64,000 nt of DNA from Octopus sinensis (taxonomy: Eukaryota), in the NCBI RefSeq assembly GCF_006345805.1, contig NC_042997.1, positions 140,988,001 to 141,052,000 on the forward strand, written 5' to 3'. This document shows positions 41,584-55,898 of this stretch, piece by piece (position 1 is the stretch's first letter; the number at the start of each line of letters is the position of its first letter). Under the pieces are notes generated by a model. That model was not told where the DNA came from. It searched no databases and saw nothing but the letters and a program-made list of their open reading frames with translations. Both the position numbers and the translations under genes were made by a program.

Positions 41584-43076
41584 GCCTTTATAGTGTTCAA
41601 AGAGCGTTGAACAGCAGACATGATATCGACATTTTGATACAGAGAAGAGTCAAGCCATGTTATGGCCCAGAAATGATAGTATCAGACAACAAATAGAAGA
41701 ATCAGCAGATCATATTTTGCCACCGACTTTGAGCTTCACTTATTGTAAAAACATTTTCTAGTGAGACCCATAAATAACAGTAAAAATCTGCCTCCACAAA
41801 CTTCGCCGTTTTCTTTCGAGCGATAAGAATCTTCGGCTCCGAATAACTGACGTCGCTATGTACAGTGGATTCAAACGAGATATGAACGACTGAAATTCCG
41901 CTGCAGTATGAATTCTTTTCAATTAGAACATCAGTACCATTCCAACATATTTGCAATATTTTTTGATAATTTATCCATTTGCTCAACCTTTTCTAACCGA
42001 ACTGACGAAGGAGACTATGTTGTTAACTCGATCTACAAGAAATAACAGCTGAAAATCTTTCAAATCATACCCGAGCGTTTAAAACAAAGAAATTACACAC
42101 ACACACATATAATGTAATCATACATATCACTTTCTCTTAAGACGAGAGAACTACGGCTGAAATCGTACAGCAAGACTGACCCAAGGGCAAAGAAACAACA
42201 CTAGCATGAGCGACATCTTTTGGTAGTTTCTGATTTAAGCGTGAGACAAACAGTTTTGAGGGGAGTGGCTGAATCTATTACATAGGTCCCAAATCTGAAC
42301 TGATACTTTATTTTATCGGCTCCGAAAGAACGAAAGCCAATGTTAACTTCGTAGGTAGGAATTCAAATCAGAACGTATTGAGCCAGGAAAAATGCCACAT
42401 GGCAATTATTCCGACGCTCAAACGATTCAGCCTTTCAGTCACACAAAAATTCCTCAGATTATTTTTGAATTACAGAAGAAACAACTTACTTGTCGATCCA
42501 GATTCGTTAAAGAAAACAAACTTACCTGTTGAGAAAAAACAAGAAAAGAATATTAGTTGAATTAACAAATGCATTTATATAATTATGAATATAATGATAA
42601 TTTTCATGAAGGAAGAGAGAAATCAAACGTTACGTTGGGATGAACAGTAATTTATTTCATGTTACAAACAAGGATTACATAATGTTAAATAGTAAATCTT
42701 AAGCCAATTGACATCGTCAGACGTTCTCATTTTCCCTCGCCATCGACTTATAACCAATGCATATATGTACAGATATACATATATATACATACATATACAT
42801 ACATACCTATATATATATATGTATATAAATTTTATTTTCAGGTTATTATTTCAAAATAAGGCTAGGAGTAGCAACAGAATGCTGGAAATATAATACGAGG
42901 TTAGGAATTCAGTACTGAGAGTGGTGTAAACTTTATTATGATATTCGGAACATTAAATTTTGTGTAACGCCTATTCAACTAAACACACACTCACATACAG
43001 ACACACACACATCCACACACACGCACCGACACACACGCACCGACACACACACACACACAAACATATATACTCAGAC

Positions 43077-43112
<36 letters not shown>

Positions 43113-43263
43113 CGTTTTGGGATTTGGTTTGCAAGATTCTTTATATGAGTTCGTGTGTTGAAGCATATTCTGTTGAAGCATATTCTGAGAGTAATTTTCT
43201 TTTTGTGCCTTATAATGTAACACACTTACCGGTAAAAATTCCACTTATTTCTTCTTTTTCTTT

Positions 43264-43304
<41 letters not shown>

Positions 43305-43579
43305 TGATATTTCTGTAATAAAAATACACTTCATTCAAATGGGTCTGAAGGTGCTATAAAGTATCACTCTGATATCAACCATTATTGCACGGTTCCTTAA
43401 GGAAAGTAGATTGAGTGATAGCTAATGAAAGTGATTGCGAAACAGTCATTCTTTCTTCATTCATCTTGTATATATAATTAGTTAATAAAAAGGAAAACAG
43501 AACAAGAAAAAACAATAACAACGCGAGGACGTGGTACATGCAAAGTTTTAGCAGACGCTCAGAGAAGGAAAGAAAAGTA

Positions 43580-43614
43580 GTTTTACGTTTCGAGCAAAGC
43601 TCTTCGTCAGAAAC
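43580..43614 (-). ncRNA. Minimal type I hammerhead ribozyme motif
   Basis: GUUU-CUGACGA-A-GAGC-UUU-GCUC-GAA-ACGU-A-AAAC; stems I and II pair perfectly; ACGU palindrome. Confidence 0.7.
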
Positions 43615-43629
43615 AAGAGACGGAAGTCG

Positions 43630-43930
43630 AACATGTTCATCAAAATACCTGTCAAGTGTAAGCGTAACAGGCCGGATACTGTTGTTTGGAACAGATAAGA
43701 AAATGTATGCACCATGATAGAGGTCTGTTCTGCTGATGTGAATATCTCTTTGAAAATCAAAGAGAACGATAGCTATGGATAATTGCTTCGAAAATTCCAG
43801 CTTCTATATAGGAGCATTTGCCTAACTGTCAGCCTTGATAAGCTTGGATTTTCAGAAAAAGAAATCAACCAATTGATTCGTACATTACATATACAAATTG
43901 TAAGCGGAACAGTAAGACTACGCAAGTCTT
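43630..43930 (+). pseudogene. R4/Dong-like RLE fragment
   Basis: CKRNRPDTVVWNR*ENVCTMIEVC..DVNISLKIKE, the same family as 52500-52700. Confidence 0.65.
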
Positions 43931-44094
43931 TTCTTAGGTTTAAAATGTGACATTGTTTTCGTTATCTACATTCAAAAGATGGGGTTTTGTATCTTTGTTA
44001 GAAGCCAGCTCCTTCTTCAGAGGAAGAATTTAAATGCTTAAAGCAGAAGAAATATGCATACATACATACATGCATACATACATACATACATACA

Positions 44095-44128
<34 letters not shown>

Positions 44129-45634
44129 CATACACACACCCATACATATGTGGGTGGGAGTGAGTGTGTGCGTGTCTGTTTGTCACTACCCCACAGCGTG
44201 ACAACCAGCATTGGTTTGGTTATGCCTCCGTAACTAAGAGGGTCACACAGATGAATAAGGAGAAGACTTAAAAAAACAACAAGCGTAAGTATTGGGTCAA
44301 TTAAAACCCCTCAAAGTGGTGCTCCAGCATGGTCGCAGTCCTGTGACTGATACGAGTAGAAAATAATAAACAATAAAAGACAATTGTACTGGCCTCAATT
44401 TTCTTTTCGTATTTATTTTACCGATTTATAGTCAAAGTTAAAAAGACCAGCGACAGTATTTGGATACAACATTCTGTTGTTCAAGCTAAATTTCCATTTG
44501 AATATCCAATTAACATTGACTGACAAAATATCCTGTCTAATATGTGGTAACGACTAACTAACTTTAATATATAATATCCCGCTGTTACAAGATTTCCTGA
44601 GCAATACAATGGAATCATCTCGTTAGATTTCTTTATCCATCGGAACATTACATCTATGAATTTTCACGAACGATAAAGTAACAATGTTGATAATTTAAAT
44701 AACTATTTAAAAAATTGCCAGATGTCTCAATCATTATTACCAACACGCAGTTTCTCTAGCAAGAAAGAAATTATAGTTACGAAAATGCTTTCATCACAAA
44801 GATTCTCTAGACTATCTGAACTTAAATGAAAACAAATGATTTACTTTAAAATAAAACAATGCACAAACACATCGTATTTCTTGAATTAAGTCCATTACAA
44901 TAACCATCGTAGATTTAGCGTTCGTTGACATCGTAATGTGTTTAGCTTGAGGTGAAAATGAATCAGAATCAATAATTAACATTAAAATGTTACTATCTTG
45001 TTGTCTGTCAATGTCTAAAGCTGTTTCAACAACTTCCGTACATCAAAATGGAATTATTGTTCTTTTCTCTTACTATGAATATACGAAAATTCAATTTCTA
45101 ACACTAAAATGTGCTTTTTTTTAAATATATATATATATATTGCTTTCAGGGCCATTATTTAATTTTCTTTTCGATCAGTAAAATTATTCTAAATTGTGTG
45201 AATTTTATTTCAAACATTTTACAACGAGCGGTCTTTCATATTGAAATTCAACAATAGTTCAGCTCTTTCCATTTGCTTTTACAATTAGTTGATCGCAATG
45301 TTTTCACTTCTATGTATATCTTGTGTATAGAAAGAAAAACTGAAACATAAAATTCAAATAAATCCAAAGAAAAATGGATTTCCGTCTACAGATTTAAAAC
45401 TTCTGGTTTATCATTAAAGTTTTTCTCTTCATCTTTGTTTAATTTAAGAGATTTTCTTAGAAATTTCCATTTATTCTTTGCATGCGTAAGATGAAAGTTC
45501 AAAGAATTTATGCATGTGAACAAATTACAATGTAAATTTTGTATTAATGTTCATCAGCTTTGTGGAATTTAAATAATATTTGAAAAATTGAATGATGATG
45601 ATGATGATGATAATGATGATGATGATGGTGGTGG

Positions 45635-45675
<41 letters not shown>

Positions 45676-46215
45676 TGTTTGTTCTTATAAACAAAATGTC
45701 GTTTATTTCATAAAATGAATTTTTTTCTTTTTGTGGGTAACTATAACCACTGGGAAGGAGGAGCGAATGCTCTCTAATCTAAGTTATTAAATCCTAAAAG
45801 ACGAAAATTTAGCATTTAAATACCATATATGGGAATGAGAAATGTACCTTCCAGAGAACTATATGAATCTAATTATAATGAAAATATCGTCTTATGCAGA
45901 CATATCTCAAAAATATTGCTTTGAAAATGTAAAAATCTGTAGTTTGAGTAACTCTACTCAGATATGAATGTATCGCTGTGTCTCTTACATTCTTTCCTCC
46001 TTTCCCTTCTTCTTCTTGCCCTCTCTCTCTCTCTCCTTCTGTAGGAGAGAAACTGTAGGAGGGTGAAAAGAAATCAGCACCAGAAGCACAAAGCAGTCAT
46101 TTGAAAATTAAGTCTCACTTTTGGATTTGCCTCAATGTAAGAAACTCATATCGGTATTGTTGCCATACAAAGACAGTGTCTTTGAATTCAGTTTTGCAAT
46201 ATTATTGATAATGAA

Positions 46216-46630
46216 GGCGGCGAGTTGGCAGAAACGTTAGCACGCCGGGCGAAATGCGTAGCCGTATTTCGTCTGCTGCTACGTTCTGAGTTCAACTTCC
46301 GCCGAGGTCGACTTTGCCTTTCATCCTTCGGGGTCGATTAAATAAGCACCAGTTACGTACTGAGGTCGATATAATTGACTTAATCCGTTTGTCTGTCCTG
46401 GTTTGTCCTCTCTGTATTTAGCCCCTTGTGGGTAGTAAAGAAATAGGTATTATCCGACGAGGTTGACTTTGCCTTTCATCCTTTCGGGGTCGATAAATTG
46501 AGTACCAGTTACGCACTGGAGTCGATGTAATCGACTTAATCCCTTTGTCTGTCTTTGTTTGTCCCCTTTCTTGCCCTCGTGGGCAATAAAGAAATAAGAA
46601 ACATTAGCACGCCGGGCAAAATGCCTTGCA
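46216..46630 (+). mobile_element. tRNA-derived SINE with tandemly duplicated body
   Basis: The core gaggt.gactttgcctttcatcc occurs at about 46304 and 46459. Confidence 0.85.
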
Positions 46631-47040
46631 GTGGAATGACCAAGTGACCAAGGGCACTGATTTGAAATAAATTCACAAATAGAGAAATATGAAATACAAT
46701 ACATCATCATAGATACTCTAGTTTTATTTAAACTATCTCTACTTCTTGAGAATGTGTTGCAATTACTAAATGGCAATTAAACTATCTCCATGTGAGTAGG
46801 GGAGATAATCTCAAGAATTAGGGATTCACTGAAGCTGACATGTCATTAGGGACAGGCACTTATTGTCTGAAGATAAGAGGACAGTCGTAGACACATGCTT
46901 CTGCTTCAGTAACCGTTACCAGTATGACCATTGTGTTACTTTATTTCTAACAGCCAAGGGATATAGACATATCTTTGTGTACGCAGACCAACTGTCAGGA
47001 AGACTGACAGTTGCTATTTACACACACGGACGCGCACACA

Positions 47041-47099
<59 letters not shown>

Positions 47100-49049
47100 A
47101 ACACACACAAGCTGATAAATTATTTCAAGTCTTTCTTCCTCTTCCAAACAGCGAAGAAATCAATTCCAAGAAAACTTGCCACAGTATACATAATTTGATA
47201 TACACTCCTTGAATTATAGAACATAAATATAATAAAAAGAAGACCAATATGATGGAAACTGACAAATTCTTCAGACCATGTGACTATATATAAGTTCGGA
47301 ATTTTAATGTTATTTTGAAGAGAATATTTCATTGCAAAACTAAGGAGTGTTCTAGAAACATAATTTTTCTATTTTAGTTGGTCAGGATTGGAAATGAAAG
47401 TCTACGATATTTTAACCTCTTAGTCAGCTCTAGCCTATATTTATTGCTGTTGTTGTTTAGCCCAAGGTCAGCTGTGACCTGTGATCAAAACGTTTTAAAT
47501 GTGAGCATCCCGTGTTTTTCGGCTGTCCAGCACTGCCTCCGCTTCTATTTAAAGAGTGTAAGGTATAATATAAGGAAGACTTGGTTGCTATTTCTACAAA
47601 TTTGGGCGACCATGTAGTTGATCCCTTGTAGGCTCATAACATTTTAGGACATATGTTTTTATTATGTTCTTATGTTATCTGACGTATATTGATTGCTTAC
47701 AAAGGTATGAACACAAATTGCAAAGGAGTAAAGTCGATTAGATCAACTTTAGGATATTATTCTTATCGATCATGAATGATTGATAGGCAAAATCAATCTC
47801 AATGTCACATGACCTACGTACATTTAGTAAACCACTTAGACATTTCTGTCAGTACACCACCATTTTCAACGCTCATAATAAAGCATGCAGAAACAGTAAC
47901 GCAACAAAACTTAGTCTCAAATTCAAAACGGTTCTAACCATCTTACCGACCTTCATCAACAATCTCAGGAAATAGTACTTGTTTACTAGTACATATTAAA
48001 CGTCATCCGATAAGAATATCGTCTGTGAAGAGAAACTACTAATTTTTCACTAAGAGATTTAATGAAAGACATAGTTTACTTCTTTGATAGCCCAAACTCA
48101 ATGCCTCATTATTCTGAATTCAAATCCGATCACCTCAACTTCCAATCATTGCCTTGATGTTATAATATATTCTAATAAATGGAAATAGACTAGCAGTTGG
48201 ATAAATAGTTCGTGTTTATTTTAGTTCTGATATCAATGACGTTGACGTTTTCGTTAATACCTGTCAAGACACAATTATGAAATGAAGCTGATGAGTATAC
48301 AGGATTCTTTGTCAGATCATCTATGAATTGTGATGGGTCCATAATATCTCAAAGTGGATTTCTGCTGGTAAGCAGTTTCTACCCATATATTTTGATATAC
48401 AATATCATAACGCAAGAAAAAGGACATCCAGAAGAGAGTGATGCATCTTGAGACCGTGTTATTCTGAAAAGATGAACGTAGTCCGAATGAGTAATAGAGT
48501 GGGCTTCGTCAAAGACGCCTCGATTGAAACGGCGTATGAGACCTGTCCCTCTAAAAACAAAGAAAAAAGGATTTGGAAAAAGGTTTTGTATAAGACATGC
48601 AGTCTTACTGGACTCACCTACTTGATTGCAAGCAAATGATCCGAGATACTAAACTGCAAAAGCTATGAATAACAATGAGAATAGTTGAAAGTAAAAATAT
48701 ATTACAATATTGCAGTCTCTATTTATCGATATATATATCTACTCAAATATTATTTTAATCCATATATACGAATAATATATACGTTAAAATATACTGCAAG
48801 GGTTAGGTAAGCAAATAGAAAACATATTTCGACAGTGTTTCAAGGAAACCATATGCTACGGTTAGAATGCACCCCTCAATATTTCAATCCTGATTGAAAG
48901 AAAAATACAGAATCAAGTAAGTTGAACACTTTTATCTCAAGTACCTATGGAGTAGATCAAACGTGCTAACGGTATACTAATTTCATAAAACAGTAGTTCA
49001 GTGGTTTAACTATTCCACTAGTGTGTATAACATATCAAATACATTCAAA

Positions 49050-49136
<87 letters not shown>

Positions 49137-49419
49137 TATATACATATATATATATACATACATACATATATGTATACACACCACACATATATATATATAT
49201 TCATACGTATATGTATATATATGTGTGTATATGCACATATGTATGTATGTATGAATGAATGTATGTATATGTATATATGCCTGTATATGTATGATTGTAT
49301 GTCCCTGAATGGGACTTTTAACACCAAGCGAATTGATGAAAATAGATTCTCTTACTCCTGTAAAAGCAGCCTATCTGCGAACTAGCAAAACATATACCGT
49401 GTGTATGTGCGTTCAATCG

Positions 49420-49588
49420 CTAGCTCCAAAATCTTTTTTTTTAATTCTTTCTCTGTTTATTTCCTCGTGTTCCTTTCTGTTGAAGAGCGTAGGATCGAAT
49501 CGTAAAAGACTTTCTCACCTTCCCGAGCGTTAAACTAATACACCTGTTTGTTGTTTATACACCCGTCTTTTGTTTTTCTGTAAAGTTC

Positions 49589-49590
<2 letters not shown>
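49420..49590 (+). mobile_element. Short repeat with CUGUUGA hammerhead-like motif, ending in (TA)n
   Basis: cttt-CTGTTGA-A-GAGC-GTAG-GATC-GAATCGTA-aaag at 49473-49508. Confidence 0.6.
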
Positions 49591-49629
<39 letters not shown>

Positions 49630-49636
<7 letters not shown>

Positions 49637-49792
49637 AGGAAATGAAGAAAATGCTGACAAAATAATTTAAGTAAGGGAGAGTGTATTTAATTAGGTGAAA
49701 GTTCTTTTTACCGGTTGGGCATTTGTTATGCTTATCAAAAGATATTTTTTTAAGAGAGATAGAGTTCCTTTCTGATAGATTTTTTTCTCTTA

Positions 49793-49795
<3 letters not shown>
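49630..49795 (-). mobile_element. Single-arm copy of the 16111-16395 palindrome unit between (TA)n tracts
   Basis: Near-identical to 16111-16250. Confidence 0.85.
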
Positions 49796-49840
<45 letters not shown>

Positions 49841-50231
49841 TATGAGCAGAAAAAATAAATAAACAAAAGTAGGTGTAAATGAACATGTCAGAAAACGTTA
49901 GGTCAAATGTATTCAGGAATATTATCGGTCTAAACCAATCTAATATGACATATACAGAAATAATAAAAACTCCTTAAGAAAGTCCAAGTGTAAACATAGT
50001 CGTGTCTTTAATGTAACATGTATGAAATACTGTTCCCAATATATATAATACGTAAACGAAATAGCAACATCATGCTTCTTGTTATCCTCTCACAATAGAT
50101 GAGCTCTTCATACTTTGGAAAGCCTTATAGAGTTTGCAGGTTCTCTCGGATCACGTAACAGAGGGAGTTTAATGTCGATGCACATCTAGCGCATTCACTT
50201 CCACTTTACAGAAATGTACGTATGAACGTAC

Positions 50232-50262
<31 letters not shown>

Positions 50263-51739
50263 TGTATGTATGTATGTATGTATGTATGTATGTATGTATG
50301 TATGTATGTATGTATGTATGTATGTATGTATGTATGTATGCATGCATGTATGTATGCATGTATGTATGTATGCATGTATGTATGTATGTATGCATGCATG
50401 TATGTATGAATGTATGTATGTATGTATGTATGTATGTATGCATGAATGTATGCATGTATGTATGTTGTATACACACAAAGCATATATAGTGAGAGAGACA
50501 GAGAGAGACAGACAAATAGACAGATAGATAATGTACGAACACAAATGTGTGTATATACATATGTGCGTGTACATGTGTGTTTGTGTATGTGTGTATGTGT
50601 GTGTGTGTGCGTGTGTGTGTGTGTGTGTGTGTGCGCCTTGTCTCAGTATGTAGTTTGCTTAATGGTAATTTTTTTTTCTTTTTATACGCAACTTTGAAAT
50701 ATTACGAAGAGAGATAATGAAAACTATTATATTTTCGAAAGAAACTAATTTCTCCTACAGTGAATTGCTGCCAGCATTAGTCGTCTTTCTTTCTATTTCC
50801 CATTGTTTATAGACTTTGGATAATCAACTCTTCAAACTGATTGACGTGTTACAATGAGAAATTAAAAAATATTACATTGTCAATAACTGTTTTTAACGTT
50901 TTCAATTCTAAGGAATTTTTCTAGATTAGCGTAAAGAGGTATCAATCTTTTGAGAGAAAATACACTTCTCATCTTCAAACTATCTTGCATGTTTTCTTTT
51001 TCATGCTTTGTTAGTTCTAAGCAAATGGCAGGTCGAATGCTTGTGTAATTTTCGAGAAGAATCTAAAGACTTCAGTTAGTTTCGTGTCAATATTGTTTTA
51101 ATTGTCTTTCTCTCTCTCTCTCTGAGCTTAGAATTTGCCATAATGAAAAGTGCAAAGCATTATTTTCAAAGGGCAGCAGAATTCGAATTGAAATCTTTGT
51201 CATAATTCTTTGATCTTGGAAGTTAAGGATGAGGAATAGTTGTGATGTTTAGATAAGGCGACACAAGCGCATAAAAAAGAAAAACCTGTTGAAAATCAAA
51301 TCTAAATGAGAGTCAAACTTCTAAGGAGATCCGATATTATTATTGACAGCTAACAGCTATTAAGCTCGTGACTAAAGTTTAAAAAGCAAACGAATGGGAC
51401 TGAATAATTTTGGGGCACAAACGTGTAATATTTTATCGAAGTATTTTCATAAGGCTAATTTTTCTATGATTGAGGCTGTCGTTCTCTTTAATCGCTTTCA
51501 TTAAATTAAAAGTATTTCTTTATTAGATTCCAGAGAAATGGGAAACAAAGTCGAGCCCAGCGGAATTCTCTCTTTACGAAACACTTATGATGAAAATGAA
51601 TTTTATCAAATACTTTGCATCTTGTGGTATCTTCATTGAAAGAAGCACATATATACAAACGATTCATTGGTTTATACTAAGAGAAAGTCTGCCCTCCAAA
51701 CGGATTTGTGCTTGTCGCTTTGATAAGGTTATACATTAC

Positions 51740-52055
51740 GGCGCATGGCTCAGTGGTTAGATCGTGAGGTTGTGAGCTCGAATCCCGGACCGGGCTGCGT
51801 GTTGTGTTCTTGAGCAAGGCACTTTATTTCATGTTGCTCCAGTTCACTCAGCTGTAGAAATGAGTTGCGACGTCACTGGTGCCAAGCTGTACCAGCCTTT
51901 GTTTTTCCCTTGGATAACATCGTTGGCGTGGAGAGGGAAGGCTGGTATGCATGGACGACTGCTGGTCTTCCATAAACAACCTTGCCCGGACTTGTGTCTA
52001 GGAGGGTAACTTTCTAGGTGCAATCCCATGGTCATTCATGACCGAAGGGGGTCTT
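51740..52055 (+). mobile_element. tRNA-derived SINE (third family)
   Basis: A-box tggctcagtgg and B-box-like ctcgaatccc; inverse homologue at 60163-60445. Confidence 0.8.
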
Positions 52056-52234
52056 TATGTACGTATGTATGTACCTATGTATATATGTATGCATGCATGT
52101 ATGTATGCATGTATGTATGTATGTCTGTCTGTCTGTATGTATGTATGTACGTATGTGCGTATGTATGTACGCATGTATGTATGTATGTATGTATGTATGT
52201 ATGTTGTATGTATGTATGTATGTATGTATGTATG

Positions 52235-52908
52235 TGCAGACTTGTATGTTTTATGTATGTTTTCTCGTGCGTATAATTCCATATGTAGATATGCTCATAT
52301 ATATTTAAATGATAAACTTCTGGAAATTTTTACTGATATTTGCAGTTCCAGTGATGGATTGGATCTGTATTCTTCGAATTATCTTTCTCCTTTCTCGTTT
52401 TGAGAAGCCTAATTTCTCAAGATTCGTATTTATGCAGTGTGTTACATACACCTGAACTTGTAATCTGGATAGAGTAACTGCATATTTCTCAATAGTTCAT
52501 CATAGGCGTTCTCTTTTTTCACTGATCTTCAGCTTCATGTTAACATCCGCTGGGTAGCTAATTTCAATAACTGTGCACAATTTTTCTTCTCTATCCCAAA
52601 TCATTATATCAGGTCTGTTGTGCTTAGATTTTACCGATGTCTTCACTGGTGCATTCCACCAGTTTTCCTTTTTATTATGAGTGTCTATGGCTTCCACCAT
52701 ATTTTGGACTCTTATTTCTTTGTCCTCGAGATGACATATTCAGACAACTGCTTATGATGCGGGTGATATCTTCAGTGTGAACTCCACAAAGTCTACATCG
52801 GTTGTCACATTTTACGGCTTTTCCTGCATCTCTGTCCCTTTTGTGCATTAGGTACTTAGTTAATATTTCCTGTTCCTGGATTGCAAAAACATACCCTTCC
52901 AAGTGGGT
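52235..52908 (-). mobile_element. 5'-truncated R4/Dong-like LINE (CCHC + RLE) flanked by (TATG)n
   Basis: LEGYVFAIQEQEI..CRLCGVHTEDITRIISSC and KHNRPDIMIWDREEKLCTVIEIS; 3' part matches 28511-28840. Confidence 0.85.
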
Positions 52909-53671
52909 ATGTATGTATGTATGTATGTATGTATGTATGTATGTATGTATGTATGTATGTATGTACATAAATAATGCATGCATGAATGTATGCATGTATG
53001 TGTATATATATATATATATAGACACAGACACAGACACACACACGCACACACGTGCACACATAGATACACACACACACACGTGCACACACAATACATATAT
53101 ATATAATTATATATATAGATAGATAAATAGATAGGTGGTAGACAGATATCACAGGGGCCATAAAAATGGGAAAAATAAGTATTCTGCACAATAGACTTTA
53201 ACCAGCGTTGCAGATGATTTTAACATAACTTTGTATACAAATATCCTAGTGGATAGAAAGTATATAGAGACAAGATGTTTACATCTGTCTGATGCATACA
53301 GTGTTGTTTAAATTCTACAGATATACTCTGTGGTGCAGAATAACACTGAAACAAAACAATTACCTTTTCAATAAAACATTGTTATCGCACCAGTAATCTA
53401 TTATAAAAAGCAAATGATTTAGGACAAGGAAAGTTTCAAAAGAGAGAAACAAAATATAATCGACACGGTGTAATTTCAAGACAAATAATATGGAATGCAT
53501 TAATACGTATTTGGGCAGACTTGAAACTATATATATAGACAGAGTAAATAGAATTAAAAATACATTGAGATTTGTTGCTATGCACCGTTGGGAGAATGAA
53601 TATTTTAGTTGTTTTGGATAGAACACATCTCCCATGAGCGAAAACGCCAACGTATCTTTCTTTTCTAGATT

Positions 53672-54000
53672 AGGCTCTGTAGTAAGGAAGCTCGCTTTGT
53701 AATCACATGGTTTCGGGTTCGATCCTACAATAAAGCACCTTGGGCAAGTGATTGCTTTTTTAGCCTCGGACTGACCAATGCCTTACGAGTGAATTTGGTA
53801 GATAGAAACCGTGTTGAATCCTGTCATATATATATTTATATTTTTGTATGCGCCTTTCCAAACGCTTGACAACCGGCGTAACTTAGCGGTCCGGCGAGAC
53901 TTTAAATAATAGGTACTGGGGTCAGTTTGTTCTACTAAAGACTCAAGGCGATGTCTCAGCATAGCTGTAAACCAATGACTGAAACAAGTAAACGATAAAC
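53672..54000 (+). mobile_element. Bipartite SINE, decayed
   Basis: ggttcgatcc B-box and caccttgggcaagtg; same family as 29885-30372. Confidence 0.7.
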
Positions 54001-54911
54001 GATCATGTAAGATGAGCAACATTATTTAATATTTCCTTCCTGTAATAAAACAGTGGCGCCCCAGCATGGTCACCGCTCTCGAGTTGAAACTAGTAAAAAA
54101 ATGTAAGTTGAGCGAAATTTGACTAGCATTTCTAGCAGGTTGACCAATCCTCCATTATTGGTTTTTGGAAATAGTTTTCTGGAAATGCTAAAGCATTCAT
54201 AGCCAAAGGGAAATATTTTCATGTTAACATTTAATCTACTAAAGCAAGCTACAATTATTTGCAGCTCTGTTCACCCAAGCGAATTTGTGTTGAAGTGCGT
54301 TATTTTACAGTTAAGTAAACCATACGAAACATCTATAATACCATACAGTGAATAGCAATATTCATAGCGGCAAAATTTGTATTACTGATATAAAAAAAAA
54401 AAACGTTGACATGTCACAGTTCAGTATTTCTGTAACATGGATACATATTTACCCGGCAGATGTCGTGATGTGTCAGCGGTTATTAAACATAGAACCATCA
54501 AGTTGTGAATTCCGGTTCATAACATTTGATAATGTTAATGTTCTCAATGTGACACTCACAAGGTTTGAGGTAGGATTTATTAACATTCAAATATAAAAAT
54601 ATGAGGAAGGAATTTTGAGATGAATAAACGTATTAGTTTAACACAGGAGGATAGTAGAATGATTTACTTTTAACACGAGTAAATCGTTCCTTTCTTTGGT
54701 AACCTCAAACCTTAGAGAATATGTTTATCTCTCGGAAACCTAAAACTACAACTCGGTTTCATTTTCCATTTGGCATTTCACTTCAATTATGCGGTTAATG
54801 CTCTTTCTACATCCTACCCAGGAAAACGGAATTCTCCCATTTTCCCTACTCCTCACTCCTCAACATGACAGTGTAAAGTAATAAATTATATCTATCTATC
54901 TATATATATAT

Positions 54912-54957
<46 letters not shown>

Positions 54958-55725
54958 GTATATGTATATATGTATGTAAACAAATATACACATATATATG
55001 CGCGTATGCATTCATTTGCAAGTACAGATATAAAGTTAAGTATGTGTGTGTGGATACATAATCATTCATGTTATACACATATTTCAAGCAGCATATACAG
55101 TAACACAATAGCAACCACAAAGTAAATAGAAGCGTATTCCCTGCTATGACATATACATGCATACACACGCGTGTGCGCCTTAACACCATCATAATACCAC
55201 GCTATATCCCTCAAGACACAACAAAACTGCACTATCACACCAAACAAAGCAGGACACACATATATACACTCACTCTCCACAGCTACGTGCAGCCTCAGAG
55301 CTAATCCCATGCCGTACAATACACACATACGAGTCAGTTAATATACGAACACACGTAATCAAAGCTAAACAGTACCAGGGATATACACATTCACATAGCC
55401 ACAGGTTACACATGCTAAACACACAGGCATGCATACAGATACTTTGTAATAATAGATTCATACATACAAGTCTCTCAATGTACACGTGCACGCTAAAAGT
55501 GAAATACATACACACGGACATACATATACATACAAGAACACTCAAGATCATGCAAGATGGCTCAGATTTACTGTCCCTGTTGTACGTATGAAATCTCTTT
55601 CCTTCCCCTTAACTTCTGTTCATTCTAATCAGCGGCAATTTTAAACGATACCTTACACACTATGAAACATTATAAAACTTAATTAATGGTGACAGACGCG
55701 GTTTTAATACCAAAACCTAATATTT

Positions 55726-55898
55726 ATCCCCACTTAAATGTGGAAGTTGTGTTCCGGCAGCAGTAGCGGACGGTTATCTCTCGCTTGCGATATAAAAACG
55801 AATGCTTATATACAGCACAAGTCCATATTAGAGATTATCTCGTGGTAAATAACACAGTATTTTGAGTTCAAGAGCAACATTCACATTTAAGTGGGGAT
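55726..55898. mobile_element. Putative 173-bp MITE with 17-bp inverted repeats
   Basis: ATCCCCACTTAAATGTG (55726-55742) and CACATTTAAGTGGGGAT (55882-55898). Confidence 0.5.

Noticed and set aside
42645-42728. CTGACGA..GAAA on the minus strand
   Set aside because: Stem III and the cleavage triplet cannot be formed convincingly.
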